Shown: positions 9,375 through 19,582, numbered from the stretch's first letter. The stretch is 54,261 nucleotides of DNA from Nocardioidaceae bacterium (GCA_035249775.1 DATFGA010000295.1:1-54261), one strand, 5' to 3'. Numbers and translations: made by a program. The notes: a model not told the origin generated them from the letters alone.

Positions 9375-10634
9375 GTGCCCGAGCTCGCGCGGAGGCTCGG
9401 CACCACCGACGCCGTGGTGATCGGCCTCGGCGCCATGATCGGCGCCGGGGTCTTCTCCGCGTTCGGCCCCGCGGCCGCTGCCGCCGGTTCCGGCTTGCTC
9501 GTCGGGCTCGTCATTGCCGGGGTGATCGCCTACTGCAACGCAGTCGCCTCCGCGCAGCTCGCTGCGGTCTACCCGACCTCCGGCGGCACCTACACCTACG
9601 GACGCGAACGGCTCGGCGAGTGGTGGGGCTTCATCGCCGGCTGGGGCTTCGTGATCGGCAAGCTCGCCTCGTGCGCCGCGATGGCGCTGACCTTCGCTGC
9701 GTACGCCGTGCCCGGGCCGATGTGGCTGCAACGGCTGGTCGGTGTGGCCGCGGTCGTCCTCCTGACCGGTGCGAACTACCGCGGGATCGGCAAGACCGCA
9801 TGGGTCACCCGGATTCTCGTGGGACTGACCCTGGTCATCCTGGTCGGGCTGGTCGTCGCGATCCTGGACAGTGGATCGCTGGAGACCGGAAACCTCGACG
9901 GCTGGTGGGGCGGTGAAGGGGACGGGGTCTACGGCGTGCTCCAGGCCGGCGGGCTGTTGTTCTTCGCGTTCGCCGGCTACGCCCGGATCGCCACACTCGG
10001 CGAGGAGGTCCGCGAGCCCGAACGGACCATCCCACGGGCGATCCCGATCGCTCTGGGCATCGTCTTTGTGCTCTACCTCGCCGTCGGCACCACCGCCCTG
10101 CTCGCCGCCGGCGCGGACCGGCTCGCCGGTTCGACGGCGCCGCTGACCGTCGCGGTCGAAGCAGTCGGGCTCGACGGGCTCGGCCCGGTGGTCCGGGTCG
10201 GTGCCGCGCTGGCCAGCCTGGGCACGCTGATCGTGCTCATCGCCGGGATCGGCCGGACCAGCCTGGCGATGGGTCGCAACGGCGACCTCCCCCGCTGGCT
10301 GGCCGCCGTTCACCCGCGCTACCAGGTGCCGCACCATGCCGAGCTCGCCGTCGCGGTCGTCGTCTGCGCGCTGGTGCTGACCAGCGACCTGCGCGGGGTG
10401 ATCGGCTTCTCGTCCTTCGGCGTGCTGACCTACTACGCGATCGCGAACGCGTCGGCCTTCACGCAACCGGCCTCGGACCGACGATGGCCACGAGCCCTCA
10501 ACGTGCTGGGTGTTCTCGGTTGCGCGGTGCTCGCGTTTACGTTGCCCGTCGGGGCGGTCGCGAGCGCGCTCGGAGTCTTCGCCATCGGACTTCTCGGTCG
10601 GCTGCTGGTCCGCCGCCGACTTGTCAGACTCTAG
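9375..10634 (+). CDS. APC family amino-acid permease
   Basis: GAMIGAGVF, SGGTYTY, FFAFAGY..IATLGEE. Confidence 0.9.
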   Translation: MPELARRLGTTDAVVIGLGAMIGAGVFSAFGPAAAAAGSGLLVGLVIAGVIAYCNAVASAQLAAVYPTSGGTYTYGRERLGEWWGFIAGWGFVIGKLASCAAMALTFAAYAVPGPMWLQRLVGVAAVVLLTGANYRGIGKTAWVTRILVGLTLVILVGLVVAILDSGSLETGNLDGWWGGEGDGVYGVLQAGGLLFFAFAGYARIATLGEEVREPERTIPRAIPIALGIVFVLYLAVGTTALLAAGADRLAGSTAPLTVAVEAVGLDGLGPVVRVGAALASLGTLIVLIAGIGRTSLAMGRNGDLPRWLAAVHPRYQVPHHAELAVAVVVCALVLTSDLRGVIGFSSFGVLTYYAIANASAFTQPASDRRWPRALNVLGVLGCAVLAFTLPVGAVASALGVFAIGLLGRLLVRRRLVRL

Positions 10635-10677
10635 GGCGGCTATAGCCGCGCATGCGTCTGACAAGTCGGTGGGCAGG

Positions 10678-11427
10678 TCAGTCCTCGAGCTGCACGAGGA
10701 GGAGCGGTCCGCCGTCGTACCGGCCGCCGTCGATCGCCAGCACCTGGTTGTCGGCATACAGGACCGGTCCGTCCACCTCGGAGGACGGGCAGTCGATCAG
10801 CGAGCCGATGATGCTGTGGCCGTGCACGATGCCGGACGCGCCGAGCTGCTCGAGCAGCTCGCGCGCCGCCTCCGGTCCGTCGAGCCGGGCGAACCGGTAC
10901 CTGCTGGTCAGCCCGGCCCACACGTCCCAGTGCGCGTCGACGTCGTCGGAGGTCATCGCGGCCCGGATCCCGGCGTTGATGTCCTCGACCGAGTCGCCCC
11001 AGCGCAGGTAGTCGGTGGTGTCGGAGTGCAGGAACAGGTAGTCCCCGATCTTCGCGACCGCCGGCAGCGTGCTGAGCCAGGCCAGATGGTCCTCGGTGAG
11101 CGCTTCCTGGTCATCGACCCGGCCGCCGTTGATCTGCCAGCTCTCGGCGAACCGGCTGCCCGGGAACCGCTTCATCCCGACCGCGAGGGCCTCGTGGTTG
11201 CCGAGCAGCATGTGCACCTGCTCCGGTGCATCCGCCTGCAGTGCCCGGACGAAGTCGAGCACGCCGATCCCGTTCGGGCCGCGGTCCATCAGGTCACCGA
11301 GGATCCACAGCTGAGCGTCACCGCCCGACCAGGCGCGGTTCTCGTCGACCAGGCCCGCGTCGCGCAGGCCGGACACCAGGTCGTCGAGGTAGCCGTGGAT
11401 GTCGCTGACCACGTAGAGGGCGCCCAT
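10678..11427 (-). CDS. Calcineurin-like metallophosphoesterase (Shelph/ApaH-like)
   Basis: SDIHG, GDLMDRG, GNHE, HGHS, IDGG. Confidence 0.9.
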   Translation of the reverse strand: MGALYVVSDIHGYLDDLVSGLRDAGLVDENRAWSGGDAQLWILGDLMDRGPNGIGVLDFVRALQADAPEQVHMLLGNHEALAVGMKRFPGSRFAESWQINGGRVDDQEALTEDHLAWLSTLPAVAKIGDYLFLHSDTTDYLRWGDSVEDINAGIRAAMTSDDVDAHWDVWAGLTSRYRFARLDGPEAARELLEQLGASGIVHGHSIIGSLIDCPSSEVDGPVLYADNQVLAIDGGRYDGGPLLLVQLED

Positions 11428-11458
11428 CCCCCTATCGTGTCAGCCGCCCGAGATACGA

Positions 11459-11506
11459 CGTGACGAGATGCACCTTCCGGGCCGCCGAAAGATGCATCTC
11501 GTCACG
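11459..11506. repeat. Perfect 14-bp inverted repeat (REP-like or terminator)
   Basis: CGTGACGAGATGCA (11459-11472) / TGCATCTCGTCACG (11493-11506). Confidence 0.7.
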
Positions 11507-11564
11507 AACTACCGTCGTCCCGCGATGGGCCGAATCGAAAACATCCCGCCGGGGTGGCCCGGTC

Positions 11565-11819
11565 CTAGACCACCGGGGGCGAACGTTGACGTGCCCTCGC
11601 CGGGAGCCCCTGCTGCCACGCCACGAGGCGTGGCAGCCATGAGTGCGCAACCATGTCCACGCGTCCGCTAGGTCTCCGCCTCCTTTCCGCGATGTGACGC
11701 GAGGGCGGCTGCGCAGAACCCCAGCCGGAAGCGACGAGCTCCTCGAACTCCTGACGCACCCAGTCGTCGTCGGCGCAGAGCAGATCGACGAACTCGCGGT
11801 CGGTCGTCGTGGTGGTCAT
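11565..11819 (-). CDS. Small protein (84 aa) ending in RQRSPPVV
   Basis: ATG 14 nt after the hsp20 stop. Acidic N-terminal helix (EFVDLLCADDDWVRQEFEELV), then a Pro/Arg-rich linker. Confidence 0.6.
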   Translation of the reverse strand: MTTTTTDREFVDLLCADDDWVRQEFEELVASGWGSAQPPSRHIAERRRRPSGRVDMVAHSWLPRLVAWQQGLPARARQRSPPVV

Positions 11820-11833
11820 CGACGAACCCTGGG

Positions 11834-12259
11834 TCAGGAGGCGAGTGCCTTCTGCTTGTCCTGGCCGGACTGGGCGATCTGGATCTTGCGGGGCTTGGCC
11901 CGTTCGGCGACGGGGATGCGCAGAGTCAGGACACCGGCCTCGTAGTTCGCGTCGATCCGGTCGAGGTCCAGGTTGTCGCCCAGCACCAGCTGCCGGCTGA
12001 ACACGCCGCGCGGGCGCTCGGCGGCCAGGGTCTCGGCGTCCTCGTCGCGGCCCGGACGCTCCGCCTTGACCGTCAGCACGTTGCGCTCGACGTCGAGGTC
12101 GAGTCGGTCCGGGTCGATGCCGGGGATGTCGAACTCGACGACGAACTGGTCTCCGTCGCGCCATGCGTCCATCGGCATGACAGCCGGACGGGTCGACGTA
12201 CCAAGAATCTGCTGGGCGAGTCGATCGACCTCACGGAAGGGATCGGTGCGCATCAGCAT
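11834..12259 (-). CDS. Hsp20/alpha-crystallin small heat-shock protein (Hsp18-like)
   Basis: [34 protein letters not shown], with GGAGG SD. Confidence 0.95.
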   Translation of the reverse strand: MLMRTDPFREVDRLAQQILGTSTRPAVMPMDAWRDGDQFVVEFDIPGIDPDRLDLDVERNVLTVKAERPGRDEDAETLAAERPRGVFSRQLVLGDNLDLDRIDANYEAGVLTLRIPVAERAKPRKIQIAQSGQDKQKALAS

Positions 12260-12295
12260 CGTTACCACCTCCATCGTTACCTCATGAGCATCTTC

Positions 12296-12354
12296 GTTGA
12301 GCCGTCTCCACTGATCTATATCAGTGGTTACAGGTTTTATATAGCACCGCTATA
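12296..12354. promoter_or_regulatory. Operator-like palindromes between hsp20 and the MerR gene
   Basis: Degenerate HAIR GTTGAGC-N7-ACTGATC (12296-12316), CCACTGAT-N4-ATCAGTGG (12308-12327), TATAGC-N3-GCTATA (12340-12354). Confidence 0.55.
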
Positions 12355-12399
12355 GTAGAGACGCAAGTCTCCGACGAAGAAAAATAGGCAGGATCGGCA

Positions 12400-12732
12400 T
12401 TGGCAGCAGAGCAGCGTGACTCATCCGTCGGCGTCTACGGCATTTCCGTGACCGCCGAGCTGGTCGGCACGGGCGTGCAGAACCTCCGCGCCTACGAGCG
12501 ACAGGGCCTGGTCACGCCCGACCGGACGTCCGGCGGCACCCGCCGGTACAGCGACGACGACGTCGAACGCCTGCGCCGGATCGCCACCCTGCTGGCCGAC
12601 GGGCTGAACCTCGCCGGCGTCGCGCGGGTGCTCGAGCTCGAGGTCGCCAACGCCGAGCTGCAGGACCGGATCGACGCGCTGACCGACCCCGGGTCGGGTG
12701 GACGATCGCGTCAGAAACCGGCGCGCCGCTGA
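12400..12732 (+). CDS. MerR family regulator, HspR-like
   Basis: YGISVTAELVG..NLRAYERQGLVTPDRTSGGTRRYS, GLNLAGV. Confidence 0.9.
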   Translation: MAAEQRDSSVGVYGISVTAELVGTGVQNLRAYERQGLVTPDRTSGGTRRYSDDDVERLRRIATLLADGLNLAGVARVLELEVANAELQDRIDALTDPGSGGRSRQKPARR

Positions 12733-13688
12733 GGGAGGTACGGGTCGGCGAGCCGTTCCATCTCCGCATCCGTGATCCGGAGCCTGGTCGCGGCCACGGC
12801 GTCCTCGACATGCTGCGGCGTGCGTGCGCCCACGATCGGCGCCGTGACCGCCCCGGGCTGCCGCAACAGCCACGCGAGCGCCACCTGCGCCCTCGGGACA
12901 CCGCGTTCCGAGGCGATCTCGGCGACGCGTTCCACGATCGTGCGGTCCGACCTTCCCTGGTAGAGATCACGGCCGAAGGCGTCGGACCTGCTGCGCTCGG
13001 TCACCTCGTCCCAGTCCCGGGTCAGCCGGCCGCGCGCGAGCGGGCTCCACGGCAGTACGGCGATCCCTTGGTCGCGGCACAGCGGGAGCATCTCGCGCTC
13101 CTCCTCGCGGTACAGCAAGTTGTAGTGGTTCTGCATCGAGACGTACCGGGTCCACCCGTTGAGCTCCGCGGTGTAGAGCGCCTTCGAGAACTGCCAGGCG
13201 AACATCGACGACGCCCCGATGTAGCGGGCCTTGCCGGCCTTCACCACGTCGTGCAGCGCCTCGAGCGTCTCCTCGATCGGGGTGTCGGGATCCCAGCGAT
13301 GGATCTGGTAGAGGTCGACGTAGTCGGTGCCGAGCCGCCGCAGGCTGTTGTCGATCTCGGTCAGGATCGCCTTGCGAGACAAGCCTCCGCCGTTCGGGCG
13401 GCCGGGGTTCATCTCGCCGTGCACCTTGGTCGCGATCACCAGCTCGTCGCGCCGGGCGAACTCCTTGAGCGCGCGCCCGACGATCTCCTCGCTCGACCCG
13501 GCCGAGTAGACGTTGGCGGTGTCGAAGAAGTTGATGCCGAGCTCGACTGCCTGCCTGATCAGCGGGCGGCTCTCGTCCTCGGACAGCGTCCACGGGTGGT
13601 TGCCGCGGTCCGGTTCGCCGAAGGTCATGCAGCCCAGGCAGATCCGGGAGACGTCCATGCCGGTGCGGCCCAGCTTCAGGTACTCCAT
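12711..13688 (-). CDS. Aldo/keto reductase
   Basis: LGCMTFG, DTANVY, IATK, DLYQIHRWD, PWSPLARG. Confidence 0.93.
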   Translation of the reverse strand: MEYLKLGRTGMDVSRICLGCMTFGEPDRGNHPWTLSEDESRPLIRQAVELGINFFDTANVYSAGSSEEIVGRALKEFARRDELVIATKVHGEMNPGRPNGGGLSRKAILTEIDNSLRRLGTDYVDLYQIHRWDPDTPIEETLEALHDVVKAGKARYIGASSMFAWQFSKALYTAELNGWTRYVSMQNHYNLLYREEEREMLPLCRDQGIAVLPWSPLARGRLTRDWDEVTERSRSDAFGRDLYQGRSDRTIVERVAEIASERGVPRAQVALAWLLRQPGAVTAPIVGARTPQHVEDAVAATRLRITDAEMERLADPYLPQRRAGF

Positions 13689-13713
13689 GGGTCCTGACGG
13701 TACCGTCGAGGCG

Positions 13714-14727
13714 ATGAGGCGCATCACCGCAACGGCAACCGTGGCCGGGCTTCTGCTCGCCGGTTGCACGGGCGGGGGCGAGCCGGGCGTCGCGCCGTCC
13801 CCGTCGTCGTCATCTCCGTCCGCATCGGCACCGACGCCCTCCCCCTCCACGCCCTCGAGCCCACCGACCTCATCCGGTCCGCCCGAACCGACCCCTTCCC
13901 CGAGCGAACCCACCCCCGAGCCCCGCCCCACGCGCTTCCGGGCCGCCGCCGCGATGGCCGACATCCGGCTCCTCGCCGGGGAGATCGGGCCACGACTGGC
14001 CACTGGCCCGGCCTTCCGCGAAGCGGGCAGGGTGGTCGCCCGCCGGTTCACCGACCTCGGGTACGACGTACGCCGGCAGTCGTTCCGGGTGCCGGCCGGG
14101 GACTCGTGGGGGGTCCCCGTCGAGGCCGGGCGGTCCTTCAACGTGGTCGCCACCCCACCCGGCTTCGATCCTTCCGAGCGGCATCGGGTCCTCGGCGCCC
14201 ACCTCGACACGGTGGCGGTCGCACCGGGCGCGGAGGACAACGCCAGCGGGGTCGCGATCACCCTGGAACTGGCCCGGCTCGCCGCGGCCGAACCTACGTC
14301 GCTGCCGACCGTGTTCATCGCCTTCGGTGGTGAGGAGCCGGTCGGGGACGGCGACGACCTGCACCACTTCGGCTCCCAGCACTACGTCCGCGAGATGGCT
14401 CCGGCCCAACGCGAGGGACTCGCCGCGATGGTGTCGCTGGACCGGGTCGGGGTCGGCACCAGCGTCCCGGTCTGCACCGGCCCGCTCTCACCGTCGCGGT
14501 TGCAGGACCGGCTTCTGGCGCTTGCCCGCGACCTGTCGATCCCGGCGCACCCGTGCGAGCTCACCACCAGCGACCACTGGTCGTTCGAGAAGGCCGGCTT
14601 CACCGTGGCCCGGTTCGGCAGCACGCCCTATCCCGGCTACCACTCCGAGGGCGACGTCCCCCGGGTGGTGAACCAGGACCAGCTGCGCCGGGTCGGTGAG
14701 CTGGCCTGGGCCTGGCTGCGGGACTGA
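13714..14727 (+). CDS. M28 family peptidase lipoprotein
   Basis: LLAGC lipobox, GAHLD, GAEDNASG, GEE, SDH, YH. Confidence 0.88.
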   Translation: MRRITATATVAGLLLAGCTGGGEPGVAPSPSSSSPSASAPTPSPSTPSSPPTSSGPPEPTPSPSEPTPEPRPTRFRAAAAMADIRLLAGEIGPRLATGPAFREAGRVVARRFTDLGYDVRRQSFRVPAGDSWGVPVEAGRSFNVVATPPGFDPSERHRVLGAHLDTVAVAPGAEDNASGVAITLELARLAAAEPTSLPTVFIAFGGEEPVGDGDDLHHFGSQHYVREMAPAQREGLAAMVSLDRVGVGTSVPVCTGPLSPSRLQDRLLALARDLSIPAHPCELTTSDHWSFEKAGFTVARFGSTPYPGYHSEGDVPRVVNQDQLRRVGELAWAWLRD

Positions 14728-14728
14728 G

Positions 14729-16156
14729 TCACGGACGGAAGGCCGGCCCGCTGGTCTCCCACATCAGCCGCAGCGTGTCCAATCCGTCGGCCCGCGACTC
14801 CACCCGCGGCGCGAACCGGTCGTCCATCTCGTAGGGCACGAACCGCGCCGCCTTCAGCTTCCCGCCCCAGTAGGTCAGCTCCAGCAGCAGCCCCTTCATG
14901 GTCTGCTCCATGAAGTCCATGTCGAAGACGAAGTTGCCCAGCGAGTGCACCACCAACCGGCCGCGGACCATCGCGCTGCCCTGGACCCAGTGCGGGTGCC
15001 CGCCGACGACCAGGTCGGCGCCGGCGGCCACCAGGCGCCGGGCGACCCGACGCTGGATCGGCTCGGGCACGTTGGTGTACTGCGTGCCCCAGTGCGGGAA
15101 GACCACCACCGCGTCGACCCGTCGGTCCAGCCGGCTCACCGCACGCAGGAAGCGGTCCAGCTCCGCGCGGTCCAGCGGGCCCGTGCGCGGCGGCATGCTC
15201 ACAGAGACCGCGCCCGGCTGACCGGGCGCCACCTCCGGCGTCTCGCCGATCGCGTTGAAGCCGAGGAAGCCGAACCGCGTCCCCGCACGCTCGACCACCG
15301 CCGGCCGCCAGGCCTGCCGCGGGCCCCTACCGGCGCCGAAGGTGCGGAGGTCACCGGCGCGCAGCCGGCGGACCGTGGTCACCAGGGCGCGGTCGCCGTA
15401 GTCGCCGAGGTGGTTGTTGGCCAGGTCGAGCACGTCGAAGCCGGCCTCGCGCAGACCGGGCACGACCGCCGGGTCCGCGGCGAACGAGTCGTTGCCCTGG
15501 GTGGGTGCACCGGCCCGCGAGAGCGTGCTCTCCAGGTTGCCGACGGTGATGTCGGCGGAGGCGAGCCGACGCTGCATCGGCCGCAGCGCCAGCACCGGGT
15601 CACCGGATCCGGCGGCGGCAGCGGCCACGCCGCGGCTGAGCATGATGTCGCCCACGACGCTCATCGTGACCACCGGCCCGTGCTCCTCCGACGCCGGTGC
15701 GCGCAGCGGGTAGCGGTCCGGGCGGCGGAGCGGGTCCATCCCGTCGACGCTGAACGCGCGCACCTGCGGACCCACGACGTGAGCGGGCACGGCGGCGATC
15801 GCGTCCGGGTCGCGTACCACAGCGCGGATCTCGGCCCGCGGCGTTGCCCGTTCCACCACCCGGACCCGGCCCGTCCCGGCGCCCAGTTCGGCCCAGGTCC
15901 GGACCGTCCCGTCGAGGACCCGTCGCGCGACCCGGGCCGCGAGGTCGAGCGGTGGGCGGGTGGCGTGCATGACGATCGCCATCGGCTGGGTGAGCTCAGG
16001 GGCCGCGTCCGCCGTACTCGACGAAGACGACGTCGGTGGCGCCGACTCGGGCGGCGCCGAGGACGCCGGTGGTGAGGGAGCCGGCTCGGTGCTCGCGCTG
16101 CAGGCGGTGACCGCGAGGGCCAGCGCCCCCGCCGCGAGATAGCCCGACCGCGTCAC
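14729..16156 (-). CDS. CapA family (PGA_cap metallophosphatase) lipoprotein
   Basis: GDIML, GNLE, LANNH, HWG, GGHPH, SLGNFVFD. Confidence 0.9.
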   Translation of the reverse strand: MTRSGYLAAGALALAVTACSASTEPAPSPPASSAPPESAPPTSSSSSTADAAPELTQPMAIVMHATRPPLDLAARVARRVLDGTVRTWAELGAGTGRVRVVERATPRAEIRAVVRDPDAIAAVPAHVVGPQVRAFSVDGMDPLRRPDRYPLRAPASEEHGPVVTMSVVGDIMLSRGVAAAAAGSGDPVLALRPMQRRLASADITVGNLESTLSRAGAPTQGNDSFAADPAVVPGLREAGFDVLDLANNHLGDYGDRALVTTVRRLRAGDLRTFGAGRGPRQAWRPAVVERAGTRFGFLGFNAIGETPEVAPGQPGAVSVSMPPRTGPLDRAELDRFLRAVSRLDRRVDAVVVFPHWGTQYTNVPEPIQRRVARRLVAAGADLVVGGHPHWVQGSAMVRGRLVVHSLGNFVFDMDFMEQTMKGLLLELTYWGGKLKAARFVPYEMDDRFAPRVESRADGLDTLRLMWETSGPAFRP

Positions 16157-19134
16157 GTCTCGACACTAGCGGGCGCCATCCCGTGCCGCCGGGCGAACTC
16201 GGCCGCCTCGACCCGGTTGCCCGTGCCGGTCTTGCGGAGCAGGTTCGACACGTGCACGCTGACCGTCTTGTCGCTGATGAACAGCGCCCGGCCGATCTCG
16301 GCGTAGGACCGGCCCGCGACCAGGTGCCCGAGCACCTCCAGCTCGCGCCGGGTGAGCGCGGCCAGCCCGTCGGTCGGCTCCACGGGCGGGGGTACGACGG
16401 GTCTGGCCAGCGAGATCCTCGCCGAGCGGGCCAGCTGCTCCACCTCGTCGCGCAGCGGCTTGGCCCCCATCTCGACGGCCAAGGCATGGGCCTCGCGCAG
16501 CGCACCCGCCGCTTCGGTCCGGGCACCGGCCTGCGCGAGCAGCGACTGGGCCAGCCGCAGGTCCGAGATCGCCAGCGACCAGCGCAGGTCGCCCTCGCGG
16601 GAGGTGGCCACGGCGTCACGCCACCGCGCGACGGTGTCATCGGAGCCGTGACAGCGTGCCGACTCGGCCCCGAACAGAGCCTTGACCGCGCGCTGCATCG
16701 GGTCGGTGGCGGCGCCGGCGAACATTGGTTCACCGACCGTCTCGCGGTGCCGGACCAGCCCGGCGAGCGCCTCCTGCGCGGCCCGCTCGGCCACCGGGTC
16801 ACGGGAGTCCCTCGCCCGGGCCGCCCAGTCGGCAGCGGCCCGTGCCCCCCACAGCACCATCCCGTCGCCGTACTTCGGCTCGGACAGCGTGTGCTCGCCG
16901 AGGTGTTGGTCCAGGACCTGGAGCGCGGCCTCCGGCCGACCGGTGGCCAGCAAGTACTCCGCGGTGACCGTCGGCCCGTGCAGGCCCACGTTCTCCTCGA
17001 ACCGCGGCGCTAGCTCCCGGGCACGACTCAGGTGCGCCTCGGCCTCGACCAGGTCACCTTGACGCAGGGCCAGGAGCACGCCCACGTGTCGCGACTGGAT
17101 TCCCGCGATACCGGCTGCCCGGCTGGCCAGCGCCTCCTGCAGCATCTCCCGTGCCGCGAGGAACCGGCCGCAGAAGACCAGGAACAGCGCGGCGTAGGTG
17201 GCCAACAGCGGACCGAGGCCGCCGAGCCCTCGCTGGGCGGCGCTGCGGTAGCCCTGCACGAACACCTCCGCGCACTCCCCCAGCCGGCCCCGGTCCTCGA
17301 GGAAGTTCGCTCGGGTGATGCAGGCCAGCGCGATGTACTCGGGCCGGTCGCTCTCGACCGCGAGCCGGTAGCACTCCTCGGCGTCCTCGCCCGCGGAGTC
17401 CTCGCCGATGGTCACGAACGACCGGACGCCCAGTGCATAGGAGATCACCGTGTTCTCACCGGTGCGGTAGGAGATCTCCACCGCCTGGGCCGCGTGTGCC
17501 AGCGCGGCCTCCTTGTCCCCGTGCCAGGCCTCGGCCTCCGCCAGGTCGGCCACCGCGACCGCCAGCTCCTCGCTGTCGGGGAACGGGCCGGCCAGCTCGA
17601 CCGCGTGCCGCAGCTCGCCGAGCGGCTGGGTCGTCAGCTGCCCGGAGTTGAACGCCTGAGAGCACCAGAGCGTGATCACGTGCGCCGCGGCGAGCGGGTC
17701 CTCGTGCTCGTCGACGACCTCCCGCGCCCGTTCGATGGCGGCAGCCGCCCGCTGGTCGTCCCCTGCTCGGCGGGCAGCCCGGCCGGCCGAGGCGAACAGA
17801 GCGGCCTCCGTGCCGCTGCGCTCACGGGCGACCTCGGACGCCTGTCCCCACAGCGCCGCTGCACGCCACCGCAGCTCCGCCTCCTCCGGAAATGCCTGGA
17901 CCGTGGCGGCCTGCTCGGCGGCGCGGACGGTGTAGTCCAGGGCTTCATCGACCATCCCGGCCCGCTCGTAGTGCAGGGCGAGGTCGCCGAGCCGCTGGGT
18001 GTCCGGGGTCCGGCTCTCCTCGAAGGTCTCCACGAACGCGGTGTGCAGCGCCTTCGCCTCACCCGGACCCAACGAGCCGTAGAGCACCTCGGCCAGCAGC
18101 GGGTGCCGGAACCAGAGGTCACCGGACTGCTCCCGGTGGACCACTCCGGCCTGGGTGGCCTCCCGGACCGCGTCGAGGACCGTGCCGGCATCGGTCCCGA
18201 CGTGGTCGGCGACCCGGCTGAACGCGTCGAACGGGAACGGCCGGCCGGCCACCGCCAGCAGACGCACCACGCCTCGGGTGGCCTCGGACAAGCCGTGCCA
18301 CTTCGCGAGCAGCGCCGAACGCAGCGCGTCGGGCAGCCCCGCCGGCAGGGACCGTGCGTCCGGCTCGAGCCCGCGGACCAGCAGCTCGGTGAGGTAGGTG
18401 TTGCCACCCGAGCGGGCGACCACGGCGTCCACCAGGGTGGCCCGCGGCCGGCGCCCGAGCAGCAGTCCGATCTGCTCCGCGGTCTCGGTCCGGGTCATCC
18501 GGCCCAGCGGCAGGTCGCGCACGATCGGCAGCCGGACCACGTCGTCGACCCAGCCGTGCAGCGGGTGCCCGTCCGGAAGTCCCTCGTCGCGGTACGTCCC
18601 GAGCAGGACGAGGCGTTGGTGGTGCAGGCCGTTGAGCAGGTAGGCGAGCACGTCCAGCGACGTGACGTCGGCCCACTGCAGGTCGTCGACGACCAGGATG
18701 GTGGGTCGGCGGGCGGCGATCCGGGCGATCACCGTGTTCACGAGCAGCAGGAGCCGCCCGGCCGCGTGCGTCGTACCGCCTCCACCCAGGTAGGGCAGCA
18801 GGCCGACCAGCCCCGGGAACTCCTCCAGGATCTGGCGTCGTTCGGCCGCGTCGCACTCGGCGAGCCAGCCTTCGAGGGCGGAGACCAGCGGCAGGTAGGG
18901 CGATGAGGCAGCACCGAACCGTACGCACCGGCCCCAGAGCACGGTGAACCCGTCCCGGACCGCCTGCGCGCAGACCTCGCTCACCAGGCGCGTTTTTCCC
19001 ACGCCCGCCTCACCGTGCACGAGCACGGCGGCTGGTTGGTTCTGCGCTGCTCCCCTGACCACTCCCCCCAACAGGTCCTGTTCCGCCAACCTGCCAGCGA
19101 TGCGGGTCGCCCGCGGTTCAGCGGTGGACCCCAC
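16153..19134 (-). CDS. Large ATP-binding LuxR family regulator (AAA-TPR-HTH)
   Basis: Walker A GEAGVGKT, DDLQWAD, FRHPL, C-terminal LTRRELEVL...KTVSVHVSNLLRK. Start approximate. Confidence 0.9.
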   Translation of the reverse strand: MGSTAEPRATRIAGRLAEQDLLGGVVRGAAQNQPAAVLVHGEAGVGKTRLVSEVCAQAVRDGFTVLWGRCVRFGAASSPYLPLVSALEGWLAECDAAERRQILEEFPGLVGLLPYLGGGGTTHAAGRLLLLVNTVIARIAARRPTILVVDDLQWADVTSLDVLAYLLNGLHHQRLVLLGTYRDEGLPDGHPLHGWVDDVVRLPIVRDLPLGRMTRTETAEQIGLLLGRRPRATLVDAVVARSGGNTYLTELLVRGLEPDARSLPAGLPDALRSALLAKWHGLSEATRGVVRLLAVAGRPFPFDAFSRVADHVGTDAGTVLDAVREATQAGVVHREQSGDLWFRHPLLAEVLYGSLGPGEAKALHTAFVETFEESRTPDTQRLGDLALHYERAGMVDEALDYTVRAAEQAATVQAFPEEAELRWRAAALWGQASEVARERSGTEAALFASAGRAARRAGDDQRAAAAIERAREVVDEHEDPLAAAHVITLWCSQAFNSGQLTTQPLGELRHAVELAGPFPDSEELAVAVADLAEAEAWHGDKEAALAHAAQAVEISYRTGENTVISYALGVRSFVTIGEDSAGEDAEECYRLAVESDRPEYIALACITRANFLEDRGRLGECAEVFVQGYRSAAQRGLGGLGPLLATYAALFLVFCGRFLAAREMLQEALASRAAGIAGIQSRHVGVLLALRQGDLVEAEAHLSRARELAPRFEENVGLHGPTVTAEYLLATGRPEAALQVLDQHLGEHTLSEPKYGDGMVLWGARAAADWAARARDSRDPVAERAAQEALAGLVRHRETVGEPMFAGAATDPMQRAVKALFGAESARCHGSDDTVARWRDAVATSREGDLRWSLAISDLRLAQSLLAQAGARTEAAGALREAHALAVEMGAKPLRDEVEQLARSARISLARPVVPPPVEPTDGLAALTRRELEVLGHLVAGRSYAEIGRALFISDKTVSVHVSNLLRKTGTGNRVEAAEFARRHGMAPASVET

Positions 19135-19306
19135 GACTCCACTGTGCCCCGAACCGCTCGCCACGTCTCTAGGTTGTCTGGGTGGTGACGCCCGAGAAAT
19201 AAGGGGTTCGGTCCGAAATCTGAGGCGGGGTCTTCGATGCGACGCACGGAACTGCTCCCGCACAGTGGTCGAAGAGTCAGCTACCACAACCAAGGAGGGG
19301 ATCACG

Positions 19307-19582
19307 ATGGCTACTCGATCCATCACCAGGCTCGCGTCTGCTGCCGTCGTCACCGGCATCGCCACCCTTGCGTTCGCCGGACCGGCGGATGCGCAGTACC
19401 CCAAGGAGCCGGACCTCGGCGCACGGGTCGAAGTCACCGGCACGGGTACGCCGACGGTCGACGACGGCTGGGAGCTGTCCCAGATCGCGAGCGGAGCTCT
19501 TGGCGGCATCGCTCTGGCAGGCGTGGGTGTCGCTGCGGCGGCCGGTCTGCGTCGACACAGCCACGCGGCTCATCCCGTGTGA
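19307..19582 (+). CDS. Small secreted, membrane-anchored protein (91 aa)
   Basis: AAGGAGG SD, signal peptide ending ADA, C-terminal TM plus RRH tail. Confidence 0.75.
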   Translation: MATRSITRLASAAVVTGIATLAFAGPADAQYPKEPDLGARVEVTGTGTPTVDDGWELSQIASGALGGIALAGVGVAAAAGLRRHSHAAHPV

